This document shows positions 28,125-38,135 of a stretch of DNA of 64,000 nt, one piece after another. The stretch is from Polyangiales bacterium. Its GTDB lineage: Bacteria; Myxococcota_A; Polyangia; Polyangiales; Polyangiaceae. Position 1 is the stretch's first letter, and the number at the start of each line of letters is the position of its first letter. The stretch spans positions 300,340 through 364,339 of the forward strand of contig JBBRLQ010000003.1 in the NCBI GenBank assembly GCA_038231275.1, written 5' to 3'. The notes beneath the pieces were generated by a model that was given only the letters and a program-made list of their open reading frames with translations, had not been told where the DNA came from and did not search any database. The position numbers and the translations under genes are program-made.

Positions 28125-29273
28125 TCAGCCCCCGCACTTGCCCAAATGCGCGCCAATTTGGAGTGGCGCGAGGTCGACCGAGTGGCCGTTCGCGAGGAAA
28201 GGGATGTGCGGCTTGATTTCGATCTGCGCGATGTCTTTCGGCGCGACTCCGTTCGCGAACAGGAACACCGGGGCCGTGAAGGCCGTAAGCGTGTAGCTCA
28301 TTCCGTTGCCGGAGAGGTTCTGGCTGCCCGCCGGATACGTGAAGACCCAGTGCGCGTCGTTCTGCTGGCCGTGCATGTTGCCGACCCGGTACATGTCGAT
28401 GTTGCCGTCTTTTGCGCCAAAAAACGGGTTCTTCGCCCCCATCGCCGTGAGAGACGGGTACGTCTTTCCGCCGATCTTCACGTCCTTGTCGAAGTTGTCG
28501 ATCGTGCCGCTGAGATCGTACGTGTCGGCGTCCTTCAAGACCTTGCCGCCGGTGTAATCGGAGAGCGCGGGGTGCTTGCCGATGCCGTCGAAGGTGACGT
28601 GGATCGCGACGCGCTTGGTCTCGTCGAAGTTCTTGGTGAGGGGCCCGCCGCCGGTCGGCGTGGCGAGGCGCTCGGAGACCGTTCCGTCCCAAGTCCCGAG
28701 CAAACGGCTGTCGATCGCGCAGCCGTCGAGCTCGACGACCGGGCGCGCGGTCTTGATGTGAATCGCGGTAGCCGCGCCATGCGGCGAGTCCACCGCACCG
28801 CCGAGAGTGCCGGTGAACTGATAAATCGTGAGCGCCATGCGGTTGGTCGGCGCGTGCATCGTCTTCGGGAGCTTCTTCGCGCCGTCGGCGTAGGCGATGG
28901 GCGCGTTGGCGCTGTCGACCGGGAGGTAGAGCTTTCCATCGCGGTCCCAAAGCACGAACGCGCCGGAAAAATCCGTGGGAACAGAGGCGCCGGCGTAGAG
29001 CGAGATCGTTCCGCTGCTCGTCTTGTCGGCCGGAAGACGCACCGCTGGGGCCGCGTCGAAGGGCTGCGCGCAGGCGAGGATTGTGTCGCCGGCGCCGTTC
29101 TTCGTGACGGTCCCGGTCTGGCAGGCCTTGGCTTCCTCGGCCGAGGGGGGCGTGCTCGCGGTGACGTCGCTGTCGTCGCCGGCTGCCGAATCGCCGCTCC
29201 CGGAGCCGCACGCGGTGGCGGCGAACGCGAGGAGAGAGAGAAGGGGAAGGATGGACGCGCGCACGGAGATCAC
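28125..29273 (-). CDS. hypothetical lipoprotein
   Basis: VISVRASILPLLSLLAFAATACGSGSG lipobox signal. 383 aa secreted protein. Confidence 0.65.
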   Translation of the reverse strand: MISVRASILPLLSLLAFAATACGSGSGDSAAGDDSDVTASTPPSAEEAKACQTGTVTKNGAGDTILACAQPFDAAPAVRLPADKTSSGTISLYAGASVPTDFSGAFVLWDRDGKLYLPVDSANAPIAYADGAKKLPKTMHAPTNRMALTIYQFTGTLGGAVDSPHGAATAIHIKTARPVVELDGCAIDSRLLGTWDGTVSERLATPTGGGPLTKNFDETKRVAIHVTFDGIGKHPALSDYTGGKVLKDADTYDLSGTIDNFDKDVKIGGKTYPSLTAMGAKNPFFGAKDGNIDMYRVGNMHGQQNDAHWVFTYPAGSQNLSGNGMSYTLTAFTAPVFLFANGVAPKDIAQIEIKPHIPFLANGHSVDLAPLQIGAHLGKCGG

Positions 29274-29440
29274 CTCGTGTCTCCGTGGTGCAACGGAGAT
29301 GCCAGGTAACCTACATGTAATCTCAAGTAGGTACCGTCGCATTTCGAGGAAAGTGAATCGCTGAGGATCCAGCTTCGGCGTCCATGCCCGCACCGCGCCG
29401 GCTTACCGGCTAGGGCTTCACGCCCGCGCGGGCTCGTTCA

Positions 29441-29500
29441 AATAGGGACCAAGTTGTAATACAAATTGGTAATACAACTTTTGCCCCGATGTTTGGGTTG
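29441..29500. promoter_or_regulatory. AT-rich island with direct repeat TTGTAATACAA / TGGTAATACAA
   Basis: tcaaatagggaccaagttgtaatacaaattggtaatacaacttttgcc stands out against the 70% GC background. Lies in the 330-bp gap upstream of lipoprotein 28125..29273 and downstream of MFS 29607..30920. Confidence 0.4.
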
Positions 29501-29606
29501 GCGTGCGCGCGCAAGCCGTCGCTTGCGCAGGCCACCACGTGGGTTCGCCCGCTCGTAGTTCCGCCATGGCCCAGGACGACGGATGGCGCAAAGTCCCCCG
29601 ACCAGA

Positions 29607-30920
29607 TCATCGTGAGCCTCCCTGCAGGACCTCGCCCGATGCGACACGCACGCCCTCATCGGCGAGCGGCTCCGCGCGAAAGAGCAGCGCGAAGAGGAGC
29701 GCGCCGACGCCGCTCACCGTGGCGGTGAGGACGAACGCGGCGGTGTACGTGCCCGTCACGTCGACGAGCCAGCCGGTGACCGCGACGCCGATCACGCCGG
29801 GGATCGTCGCGATCGTGTTGCTCACGCCGTTGAGGAGCGACGCGTGTCGCGGGGCCACGTCCATGATGCCTGGCGCGTAGCCGCACGACACGAGCCCCTG
29901 GATGCCCGTCGCCGCGCAAATCAGCACGAGCGCCGCGCCTGCCGATTGAACGTTCTTCAGCGCGAGGAGGAACACCGCAGATACGAGCAGCCCGGTGCAT
30001 TGCATGATTTTGCGCGTCCGCGTGGCGCTCACCCCGCGCGCGATCATGCGATCGGCGACCGACGCGGAGAAATGGATGACGACGAACATCGAGAGCCACG
30101 GCGCCGCCGAGAAGAGGCCGGCGTTGACGATGCTGAGGTGCTGCACGTCGCGGAAGTAACTGGGGAGCCAGGAGAGTAAGACGTAGAGGTTCCACGTGGC
30201 GGCGAAGTGGCCGACGATCACGGCGAGGACTTGGGGGCGCACGAGGAGGCGGCGCCAGGGCACCGGGGCGCGTGTGCCCCTGGGCAACGGCGGCGGGAGG
30301 AGGCCGCGCTCTTCCTTCGCGACGCGCGGATCGGAGTGCGGATCGTTGTGCACTTGCGTCAGCCAGACCGCGACCCATACGAGGCCTACCGCGCCGAAGG
30401 AGTAGAACGCCATCGGCCAGCCGAAGTGGCCGACGAGCCAGCCGGTGACCATCGTGCCGAGGACGGTACCGAGCGGAATTCCGCTGAGGAGGCGCGCGAT
30501 CGCTCGGCTCCTCTCGGTCGCCGGCACCCACCGGCCAAACATCTCGTAGCTGGCCGGGAAGAGGCCGGCTTCGCCGATGCCCATCCCGACGCGCGCGACG
30601 AGGAGCGCGCCGAACGAGAGGCTCGCGGCGAGCGGGGTCGCGAGCGTGAAGAGCGACCACGCGAGCACCGAGAGGCCGAGCACGCGTTTGCCGCCGAAGC
30701 GGCTCGCCAGCCAGCCGCTCGCGAACATGAAGAGGAGGTAGCCCACGAAGAACGCCGAGAGGACGAGGCCCTTCTCGGTCTGCGACCAGCCGAGCTGCTC
30801 CTTCATCGCGACGGCGGCCACCGAGATGTTGACGCGATCGGTGTACCCGACGACGACACCGAGGAACGCCATCCCGACCACGACGTGACGTCGCGGCACG
30901 CCCCTCGGGGGGGCGCTCAA
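29607..30920 (-). CDS. MFS transporter (anion:cation symporter-like)
   Basis: 437 aa, 12 TM-like segments. GWLASRFGGKRVLG and ARVGMGIGEAGLFPA are MFS motifs. ATG overlaps the DnaJ-TPR stop. Confidence 0.8.
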   Translation of the reverse strand: MSAPPRGVPRRHVVVGMAFLGVVVGYTDRVNISVAAVAMKEQLGWSQTEKGLVLSAFFVGYLLFMFASGWLASRFGGKRVLGLSVLAWSLFTLATPLAASLSFGALLVARVGMGIGEAGLFPASYEMFGRWVPATERSRAIARLLSGIPLGTVLGTMVTGWLVGHFGWPMAFYSFGAVGLVWVAVWLTQVHNDPHSDPRVAKEERGLLPPPLPRGTRAPVPWRRLLVRPQVLAVIVGHFAATWNLYVLLSWLPSYFRDVQHLSIVNAGLFSAAPWLSMFVVIHFSASVADRMIARGVSATRTRKIMQCTGLLVSAVFLLALKNVQSAGAALVLICAATGIQGLVSCGYAPGIMDVAPRHASLLNGVSNTIATIPGVIGVAVTGWLVDVTGTYTAAFVLTATVSGVGALLFALLFRAEPLADEGVRVASGEVLQGGSR

Positions 30921-32698
30921 GGCTTCTTTTTCTTTGGGAGCGCGGCGGAGAGCTCTTTGGCGCGCGGATCGTTCGGCGCGAGCTCCAGCGCGCGCGCGGC
31001 TTGGCTCGCGGCGCGCGTGAAGAGCTTCGCGGCGAGGTAAATCTCGCCGAGGGTCACGTGGTAGGTCGCGTTCGTGGGTTGCGCCATGAGCGCTTGTTCA
31101 GCGAGCTCCGCGGCGTGGTGGAGGTCGCCGCCGCTCAAGCGCAGCGCGTTCGCGGCGCGATCGGCGAGTGTCGCGTCCGGTCGCGCCGCGTTGGCTTTTC
31201 CGAAATACGTCGCGGCGTCTCCCCAGCGCTGCTCTTTCTCGGCGGCGCGTGCGCGGGCGACGCTCTTGTCGAAGTGCCGCGTCTTCGCGATCTCCTCGAT
31301 GGCGACGAGCTTCTTGCGGATCGCGGGATCTTCGCTGTTCTGGAGCGCGAGGCGGTAGTTGTTCGCGGCGCTCACGACGTCGTCCTTGCGGAGTGCCTCT
31401 TCGGCGGCGCTCAGGAAGATCTCGACGCGCCGCTGCGTCTCGCTCTGCTTCGCGGCCGCGTAGAGCCGGCGCATCGCGTCGTCCGAGCTCGGCGCCGTCC
31501 GCTCTGCCGGAGGAGCGAAGATGCGTGGCGCCGACGCCGGCGGCGGCGCGAGCGACGCAGGAGCCCTGACCGGAGAGGAGACGGGAGCCGAGGGCGCCGA
31601 GGGAGCAGACCGCGCCGGACCCGACGGAGCAGATGGAGCGGGCGCAGGCGCGGGCGCGGAGACGAGCACGCCCATGGGAGGCGGAGGGTCCGGCATCTTC
31701 GCGGGAGGGGGCGCGGTGACCGCCTTCATCTTGCGGCTGTTTCTCTGCGGCGGCGCGCCCATCTTGCCGGACGGGCGCCGCTGCGGTGGCTTCGGCGCGG
31801 GCGGCAACCGCGCGTCGTACGCCGCGCGGAGCTCCTTCTGCGTGAGCGTGTCGTGCGCACGCGTGATGTGCTCGAAGATCCGTCCGAGCGGCACGCGCGC
31901 GTCCCCCAGCCTCTTGCCGAAGTAGCGATCGGGATGGAACTTCGCAGCCAACGCGAAGTAGGCGCGCTTGATCGTCTTCTTGTCGGCGTCGCGCTCCACC
32001 TCGAGGAGCGCGTAGTGATCGATCCCGCCGAGCTTCTCCTCGAATGCGATGATGCGCGCGCGCGTAGCCTCGTCGAGGTCGGATTTTCCGTCGTCGTCGG
32101 GCGCAACGGCGCGGACTCGGATGGACCGCATCGACGCCATCGAAGGGCGCGAGCTCCGACGTTCGACGCGCGCGGAGGGACGCGTGCTGACGGAGGGACG
32201 CGTGCTCGCGGAGGGACGCGTGCTGACGGAGGGACGCGTGCTCGCGGAGGGACGCGTGCTGACGGAGGGACGTGTGCTGACGGAGGGACGCGTGCTGACG
32301 GAGGGACGCGTGCTCACCTGCGGGCGCGCGCTGGGACCAAAAGCGGGACCCGGACGCGCGCTCTTGTTCGGCGTGGAGGGGCGCGCGCTCTTTGCCGGCG
32401 TGGAGACGGCCTGCGGGCGCATGCTCTTCGCCGGCGCGGGGGGCGGCTTCTTCTCCGAAACGATGGCCCTCAGCGGGGTGCGCTTGATCGGGCGCGCGTC
32501 CTCGGTCTCCGCCGCCCCCAGCTCCCTGAGCCGCGCGGCGATCTTCGCCGTCTCCGCGAACTCGAGCGCCGTGATCGTCGCGATCTCCTCGAGCGTCATC
32601 CGCCCGTCGATTTGCGAGAGGACGAACGCCTCCACCGCGCCGAGCGGCAGCGCCTTCATGTCGCACTCGACTCGCTTCAGGATCGTGTTCCGATACAT
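30917..32698 (-). CDS. DnaJ (J-domain) protein with Pro/Ser/Thr tandem repeats and C-terminal TPR repeats
   Basis: HYALLEVERDADKKTIKRAYFALAAKFHPDR is the J-domain HPD. (RPSVST)n repeats. C-terminal TPR-like helices. Confidence 0.75.
   Translation of the reverse strand: MYRNTILKRVECDMKALPLGAVEAFVLSQIDGRMTLEEIATITALEFAETAKIAARLRELGAAETEDARPIKRTPLRAIVSEKKPPPAPAKSMRPQAVSTPAKSARPSTPNKSARPGPAFGPSARPQVSTRPSVSTRPSVSTRPSVSTRPSASTRPSVSTRPSASTRPSVSTRPSARVERRSSRPSMASMRSIRVRAVAPDDDGKSDLDEATRARIIAFEEKLGGIDHYALLEVERDADKKTIKRAYFALAAKFHPDRYFGKRLGDARVPLGRIFEHITRAHDTLTQKELRAAYDARLPPAPKPPQRRPSGKMGAPPQRNSRKMKAVTAPPPAKMPDPPPPMGVLVSAPAPAPAPSAPSGPARSAPSAPSAPVSSPVRAPASLAPPPASAPRIFAPPAERTAPSSDDAMRRLYAAAKQSETQRRVEIFLSAAEEALRKDDVVSAANNYRLALQNSEDPAIRKKLVAIEEIAKTRHFDKSVARARAAEKEQRWGDAATYFGKANAARPDATLADRAANALRLSGGDLHHAAELAEQALMAQPTNATYHVTLGEIYLAAKLFTRAASQAARALELAPNDPRAKELSAALPKKKKP
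32170..32330 (-). repeat. 18-bp in-frame tandem repeat (about 9 copies) encoding (S/A)TRPSV
   Basis: gacggagggacgcgtgct / cgcggagggacgcgtgct units repeated head-to-tail. Confidence 0.8.
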
Positions 32699-32785
32699 CG
32701 CGCGTCGCCTACCGAGGCAGACCTCCGATCGGCGATCCTACCGGACGCTGCGCCCACCTCCAGCTCCATGTGGAGGGCGGGCCGG

Positions 32786-33607
32786 TCAGGCTTGCGCTTC
32801 TTCGACCGCTCGAGCGGGCTCGGGCGAGGTCTCGGTGACGGTCGCCGGCGGCGCGAATCCGCGGAGCGCCCACAGCCCGCGCTGCGCTTCCTCCATCCGC
32901 GCGCGCACCGCGTCGGCGAGCGCCTGCGGGCCGTCGTAGTCCTTCGGGTGCACGGGATCGAGGATGCGCACCCGGATCTTCAGCGTGCCCCACTGGCGGA
33001 GGACCGCGTCCTTCGGCAGCGCCTCGCGCGAGCCGTCGATGACGACCGGCACGACCGGCACGTCCGCGTCCGCGGCCAGCCGGAACGCGCCCGGCTTGAA
33101 CGGGAGCATGACGCCGCTCTTCGAGCGCGTGCCCTCCGGGAACATCATGATCGACACGCCGCGCTTCAGCCACGACAGGCACGTCGCGAACATCGCCTTC
33201 ACGCTCTCTGGATCGCCGCGGCGGAGGCGAATGTAGCGGTTGAAGTACATGTTCCAGCCGATGAACGGCACGTAGAAGTTCTCGTGCTTGGAGACGAACT
33301 TGAACGGGAGCATCAGCGCGAAGATGATCGCGATGTCCCCCGCCGAGAGGTGGTTTGACGCGTAGACATAGGCCTTGCTGCGGTCGATCTTCTCTTTGCC
33401 CTGCACGTCCATCCGCCACAGCGGGTTCACCCACATGTGCTGCGCGCACCAGAAACACGTGTAGAGGTGGAGCGCGCGGCCGTTCGGATCGAAGGGCAGC
33501 GTGACGAGCCAGATCACGAGCGCCGGGCCGAAGAAGATCGGCAGCGCCAGGACGATCCACGTCCAGAAGCACACGGTGTGAAGGATCGTGTGGAGCGTGC
33601 GCAGCAT
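32786..33607 (-). CDS. plsC: 1-acyl-sn-glycerol-3-phosphate acyltransferase (PlsC/LPLAT family), membrane-anchored
   Basis: MLRTLHTILHTVCFWTWIVLALPIFF TM. NHLSAGD (HX4D). MFPEGTRS. Confidence 0.8.
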   Translation of the reverse strand: MLRTLHTILHTVCFWTWIVLALPIFFGPALVIWLVTLPFDPNGRALHLYTCFWCAQHMWVNPLWRMDVQGKEKIDRSKAYVYASNHLSAGDIAIIFALMLPFKFVSKHENFYVPFIGWNMYFNRYIRLRRGDPESVKAMFATCLSWLKRGVSIMMFPEGTRSKSGVMLPFKPGAFRLAADADVPVVPVVIDGSREALPKDAVLRQWGTLKIRVRILDPVHPKDYDGPQALADAVRARMEEAQRGLWALRGFAPPATVTETSPEPARAVEEAQA

Positions 33608-33674
33608 CGAGGGGCCACATTTGTGCCACGAGGTCGGGGGGTACGCCAAGGGCGACGTGCATGCCCTCGCCACG

Positions 33675-34316
33675 TCACCCGAGCTTCAAATTGCGGGCGG
33701 CTTTGCATTGGGCGCGGCTCAGGTCCACCCCGATCGCGTCGAGCCCCAGCTCGTTGGCGACGGCGAGGACCGTTCCGTGGCCGCAGAACGGATCGACGAC
33801 CACCGTGGTCGCGGTCTCTTGCTGGAGAAATCGGCAGGCGGCGCGGCACGCCTCGACGCCCATCGCACGGCTCCAGGTCATCACGCCGGCGTCGGGGAGG
33901 ACGTCGGCCGCCCCATGCCGAGGAGGCGGCCGCTCCGCGCGCGCGACGCAAAGCATGTGCGAATACGTCGCGCGCCCGAACGAAACGGTGCCTGCCGGCT
34001 TGCGGCAGACGATCTTGTGCCAAACGAGCGATGCGCCCTCCTCCTCTAGTGCGCGGTGCACGAGGTAGCCCTTGTCGACCCAGGTGCCCTTTCGCCGCAG
34101 ATCGCTCTGGAAAAAGACCGCGACGCCGTCGTCGGGAATCCAGCGGATCACGCGCCGCGCCGCGTCGACGAACCACGCGCGCCACCCGTCGTAGCCGAGC
34201 TTCGGCACTTCGGACGCGTCGGGCAGCGACGTGACGACGCTCGCGCCCGCCGGCGCCGCGGTCTCGGTGAGCCACACGAGCGCGTCGGCGTGGACGACCT
34301 CGCGGCGAGGCGTCAC
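33675..34316 (-). CDS. SAM-dependent methyltransferase, DNA methylase N-4/N-6 domain-like (orphan)
   Basis: VVVDPFCGHGTVLAVANELGLDAIGVDLS resembles motif I (DPFxGSGT) of PF01555-type MTases. N-terminal VVTSLPDASE is a possible degenerate DPPY motif. Confidence 0.5.
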   Translation of the reverse strand: MTPRREVVHADALVWLTETAAPAGASVVTSLPDASEVPKLGYDGWRAWFVDAARRVIRWIPDDGVAVFFQSDLRRKGTWVDKGYLVHRALEEEGASLVWHKIVCRKPAGTVSFGRATYSHMLCVARAERPPPRHGAADVLPDAGVMTWSRAMGVEACRAACRFLQQETATTVVVDPFCGHGTVLAVANELGLDAIGVDLSRAQCKAARNLKLG

Positions 34317-34326
34317 GGGCGAGGCG

Positions 34327-36072
34327 TCACTTCACGCCGACGTCCTTCGGCGGCACGAGGAAGAGGACGCTGCGCTTGTCGAGCTTGGTGTTGCCGGGCA
34401 GCCCCACGACGTCGATGAACGCGTTGAAGAACTGCGCGCCTTCCTTGGGCGGCACGATCGTGTTCTCCGCGGGGATGATCTCGAAGCACACCGGCGTGCC
34501 GGTGACGACGGCGACGAACACGTCGTCGTAGCCGAGCGCCGGGTTGCTCTTCTTCGTCGGGTGCGCGGGGCAGCCGGACGCGGGATCGCCTTCGCTCATC
34601 GCACGAAGCTGCTTGATGAACTTCGTCGCGTCGACGCCGGCGGGGTTGGCCGGATCGTTCGACGGGATCGCGGTGACGTCGAAGCTGGCGCCGACGCTGA
34701 TCGCCTGGATGGCCTTGACGATGCTCTGATCGAGCCCGTTGCCGTTCTGGATCGTGAAGTTGAGTCGGCACGTACCTCCGGGACCGCTGGGCGCCTGCGC
34801 AGCGCCCCCGAGGCCGGTGCAGCACTGACCCGCGCCGCACGTGCCGCCGAACGCCGCGGGCGGGACGTTGCTCTGCGTCGCGTCGGAGAGGTTGTTCGAG
34901 TCCTCGTGCCGGTTCGACGCCGCGCCGTCCTCGTCGACGACGCCGACGAACTTGGTGTGGCTCGTCGCGAACGCGGTCTTGAGCTGCGTGTACGTCGGCG
35001 CCGCGAAGTTGTAGGCGCTCGGGCTCGTCGGATCATCGCCGACGTCGTAGTTGTGCCACGAGGCATCGGTGATCCCGACGACCACGCGGAACGCGCCGCC
35101 GCGGAAATCGACGCCCCCTTCGGTCCCCGGCGCGGGCGCGTGCGCGGCGACCGAGCCTCCCGGCCACGCGAGCGCCTGACCGGTGAGGATGTAGAACATC
35201 GACGGGATCTGCGCCTCCGGATCGTCGCCGCCGCTCCCGAGGCTGTAGTTGTTCACGGCGGCCTGCGCGGCCGCGGCGTTCGTCGTGATGGTCTGCCAGA
35301 CCTTGACCGGATAGTCGCCGGCACTGCCGAACCCGTTGACCGGGTAGTCGCGGTGGTCGACGATCGCGAGGCCGACGTCGGGGATCGCGTTCTTCAGGCC
35401 GTCGATGATGCCGCCGGCCTTCGACAGGTTCGCCTTCAGGTTGGCGATCGAGCCGCTCATCGAACCGGTCGTGTCCTGGAGGATCGCGACGTCGACCTGC
35501 TTGAGCGTCGTGGCGAACTTGAGGACGTCGCGCGACGGGTAGGGCGCATCCAAGTACGGCTCGACGAAATAAAAGTCGCGCTGGTCGCCGGTTTTACGAA
35601 GGACCACCAGCGTCAGGTTCGCTTCGCCGACCTCGCCGCGCGCGGACGCGTGGATCTTCGTGGTCAAGCCGAGCGCGCCGTTGGGAAGCGCGGTCAGCGA
35701 CGTGAAGGTGGCGCCGGTGAACGAGCCGACCGGATCGACGAGCGACAGGGCCATCTCGCCGGTGACGTCGGAGGTGGTGCCGTCGCGCGCGTGGAGCGTC
35801 CCGGTGTAGGCCTGCGTCCCGGCGGCGATCGGCTTCTTCGCGGTGTCCACGAACAGCGTGGCGTTCGACGGGACGAGGACGACGCGGTTGTCGCCGAGCG
35901 ATCCGTCGCCGCCGAGCAGAGGTCCGCCGTCGTCCGCGATTCCGCTCTCCGAGCCGCCGTCGGCCCCGCCGCCTGGCTCCAGGAAACCCGCGCCGCCTTT
36001 ACCGCCCCCGCACGCCGCGAAGGCGAGCGCGAAGACACCGAGCGAGGCGAGGCATGCGGTCGTACGCGTCAA
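34327..36072 (-). CDS. secreted lipoprotein with von Willebrand factor A (VWA) domain
   Basis: TTG start with strong SD (AGGAGGTG, 6-nt spacer). Signal (M)TRTTACLASLGVFALAFAACGGG. VDVAILQDTTGSMSGSI is MIDAS-like DxTGS. Confidence 0.7.
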   Translation of the reverse strand: MTRTTACLASLGVFALAFAACGGGKGGAGFLEPGGGADGGSESGIADDGGPLLGGDGSLGDNRVVLVPSNATLFVDTAKKPIAAGTQAYTGTLHARDGTTSDVTGEMALSLVDPVGSFTGATFTSLTALPNGALGLTTKIHASARGEVGEANLTLVVLRKTGDQRDFYFVEPYLDAPYPSRDVLKFATTLKQVDVAILQDTTGSMSGSIANLKANLSKAGGIIDGLKNAIPDVGLAIVDHRDYPVNGFGSAGDYPVKVWQTITTNAAAAQAAVNNYSLGSGGDDPEAQIPSMFYILTGQALAWPGGSVAAHAPAPGTEGGVDFRGGAFRVVVGITDASWHNYDVGDDPTSPSAYNFAAPTYTQLKTAFATSHTKFVGVVDEDGAASNRHEDSNNLSDATQSNVPPAAFGGTCGAGQCCTGLGGAAQAPSGPGGTCRLNFTIQNGNGLDQSIVKAIQAISVGASFDVTAIPSNDPANPAGVDATKFIKQLRAMSEGDPASGCPAHPTKKSNPALGYDDVFVAVVTGTPVCFEIIPAENTIVPPKEGAQFFNAFIDVVGLPGNTKLDKRSVLFLVPPKDVGVK

Positions 36073-36082
36073 GGTGCACCTC

Positions 36083-36123
36083 CTGTCCAAGAAGCACCAA
36101 GAACCTAGCTCCTTTGGACAGAG
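36083..36123 (-). promoter_or_regulatory. 5'-UTR inverted repeat CTGTCCAA-N22-TTGGACAG abutting the SD of the VWA lipoprotein gene
   Basis: On the mRNA strand the 3' arm UUGGACAG runs directly into AGGAGGUG. An 8-bp stem could partly occlude the SD. Confidence 0.35.
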
Positions 36124-36147
36124 ACGGCACGCGCGACGGGAATTTTG

Positions 36148-37026
36148 TCACGCCGCGTGTTTCGCCTCGTAGGCGTCGCGGGCCTGGCGCGCTTCGTCGC
36201 CGCCGTTCGAGCCGCCGGCGACGAGGCGCGTGTCGTCGGCGTGCATCTTTCGCATCATCCACGCGGCGAGCCAGCGCCCCAGCGTCGGGAAGGCCCGCGA
36301 GAGCCAGAGGCTCCGCGGGTAGACGATCTCGCGGGTCTCCCTTTCGAGGCCGCGGACCATCAGGCGAGCGAGCGTCTCGACGTTGCCGGGCGGCGTGAAG
36401 GCGAGCGCGGCGTCGGTGCCGTCGATCTGTCGCGCCTCGGCGAGCATGCCGGTGTCGACCGGGCCCGGGAGGACGAGCATCACGTTCACGCCGCTGCCGC
36501 GAAGCTCCATGCGGAGCGCGTCGGTGGCGGTGGCGATCGCGGACTTCGACGAGCCGTAGTGGCCGGCCATCGGGAAGGGGAGGACGCCGCCCATCGACGC
36601 GACGTTGACGATCGCTCCCTTGCCGTTCGCTTTCATGTCGGGGACGAGCGCGGCGGCGAGGGCGACGGCGGACCAGTAGTTCGTCTCGAACATCGCGCGC
36701 GCGACCTCGCCGTCGGCGCCGACCCACTGCGAGGCCGCCATCCCGACGCCGGCGTTGTTGACGAGGACGTCGACGTGTCCGAGCACGTCGCGCGCGCGCT
36801 TCGCGAGGTCGGTGGCGGCGCCGCGCTTGGAGAGATCGGCCGGGAGGACGTGCGCTTGACCGCCGGCGACGCGAATCTGAAGGGCCAGCTGCGTGAGCGC
36901 GTCCTCGCGGCGTGCGGAGAGGGCGACCGTCGCGCCGGCGCGCCCCAGCGCCTTCGCCAGGCCCCATCCGATGCCGCTCGAGGCGCCCGTCAGCAAGACC
37001 GTTTTTCCGCGCAAATCGAAGCTCAT
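36148..37026 (-). CDS. short-chain dehydrogenase/reductase (SDR)
   Basis: KTVLLTGASSGIGWGLAKAL, NNAG, and YGSSK (Y-x3-K). Confidence 0.85.
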   Translation of the reverse strand: MSFDLRGKTVLLTGASSGIGWGLAKALGRAGATVALSARREDALTQLALQIRVAGGQAHVLPADLSKRGAATDLAKRARDVLGHVDVLVNNAGVGMAASQWVGADGEVARAMFETNYWSAVALAAALVPDMKANGKGAIVNVASMGGVLPFPMAGHYGSSKSAIATATDALRMELRGSGVNVMLVLPGPVDTGMLAEARQIDGTDAALAFTPPGNVETLARLMVRGLERETREIVYPRSLWLSRAFPTLGRWLAAWMMRKMHADDTRLVAGGSNGGDEARQARDAYEAKHAA

Positions 37027-37147
37027 GATGCCTTCCCCTCGCCGTACTCGTGTCGTTGGTTAGGATGCGTAGTGACCGAAACGCGTTTCGGGTCATTCGC
37101 GCCACACTCCAGAGGAAGGGGCGCGGGCCTCGGCGCGTAGGAGGACG

Positions 37148-38135
37148 CGTGCGCGCCAGGGCCGTCGGTCTCCTCAGCTTCGTTCTCGCGACGGCCGCGC
37201 TGCCGGCCGCCGCGCAACCTCGCGACGCGGCAGGGGCCGAGGTGCTCTACCGCGCGGGGCGTGAGGCCGCGCGGCGCGGCGACTGGGCGACCGCCTGCGC
37301 GAAGCTCGCGGAGAGCCAGCGCCTCGATCCGGCGCCCGGGACGCTCCTGAACCTCGCCGACTGCGAAGAGCACCGCGGCCACCTCGCGCAAGCGTGGCAA
37401 GAGTTCGTGCAAGCGCAGTCGCAGCTGCCGAAGGGCGACTCGCGCGGCCCGTACGCGAAGAGCCGCGCGGACGCCGTCGAGAAGAGGCTGCCGCACCTCA
37501 GCGTTCGCCTCGAGGCCGGCGTGCCCGCGGGGACGCACGTCGTGCGCGACGATCAAGAGCTCGGCGCTGCGTCGCTCGGCGTCTCGATGCCCGTCGATCC
37601 GGGCGATCATGTCCTCCTCGCGCGCGCCGACGGGCACATCGACGGTCGCGCGCAGGTCACGCTCGCCGAAGGCGAGTCGCGTGAGATCACGCTCGCCCTC
37701 GGACCTCTGAGCACCGTCACGCCGGCCGTACCCGTCGCACGTCCTGCGATCGGCGCTCCCGCGACGATGCCCGCGCCGCCGACGACGTACACGCCGGTCG
37801 TTCCGCCGGAGAAGAAGGGGGCGCCGACGTTCGCGTACGCGCTCCTCGGCGTCGGCGCGGTGGGCATCGGCGTTGGAACCGTCGCCGGCGTGCTCGCGCT
37901 GTCGCGCGCAGGCACGGTGAAGGACGCGTGCGGCCCCGACTACAAGACGTGCACCCCCGCGTCGGTCGACGCCGCGAAGGACGGCAAGACGTTCACGACG
38001 GCGAGCACGATCGGCTTCGTGGCGGGCGCGGTCTTCGCGGGCGCGGGGCTCTACTTCTTGCTCGCGCCCTCGTCGTCGTCGAAGACCGCGCTCACCGTCG
38101 CGCCGAACGGAGCCGCGCTCTCGGGGGCATTCTGA
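37148..38135 (+). CDS. secreted/membrane-anchored hypothetical protein with N-terminal TPR-like region and C-terminal TM helix
   Basis: GTG start. Signal VRARAVGLLSFVLATAALPAAAQP. C-terminal FVAGAVFAGAGLYFLLA. Stop overlaps the ATG of the RCC1 gene (TGATG). Confidence 0.55.
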
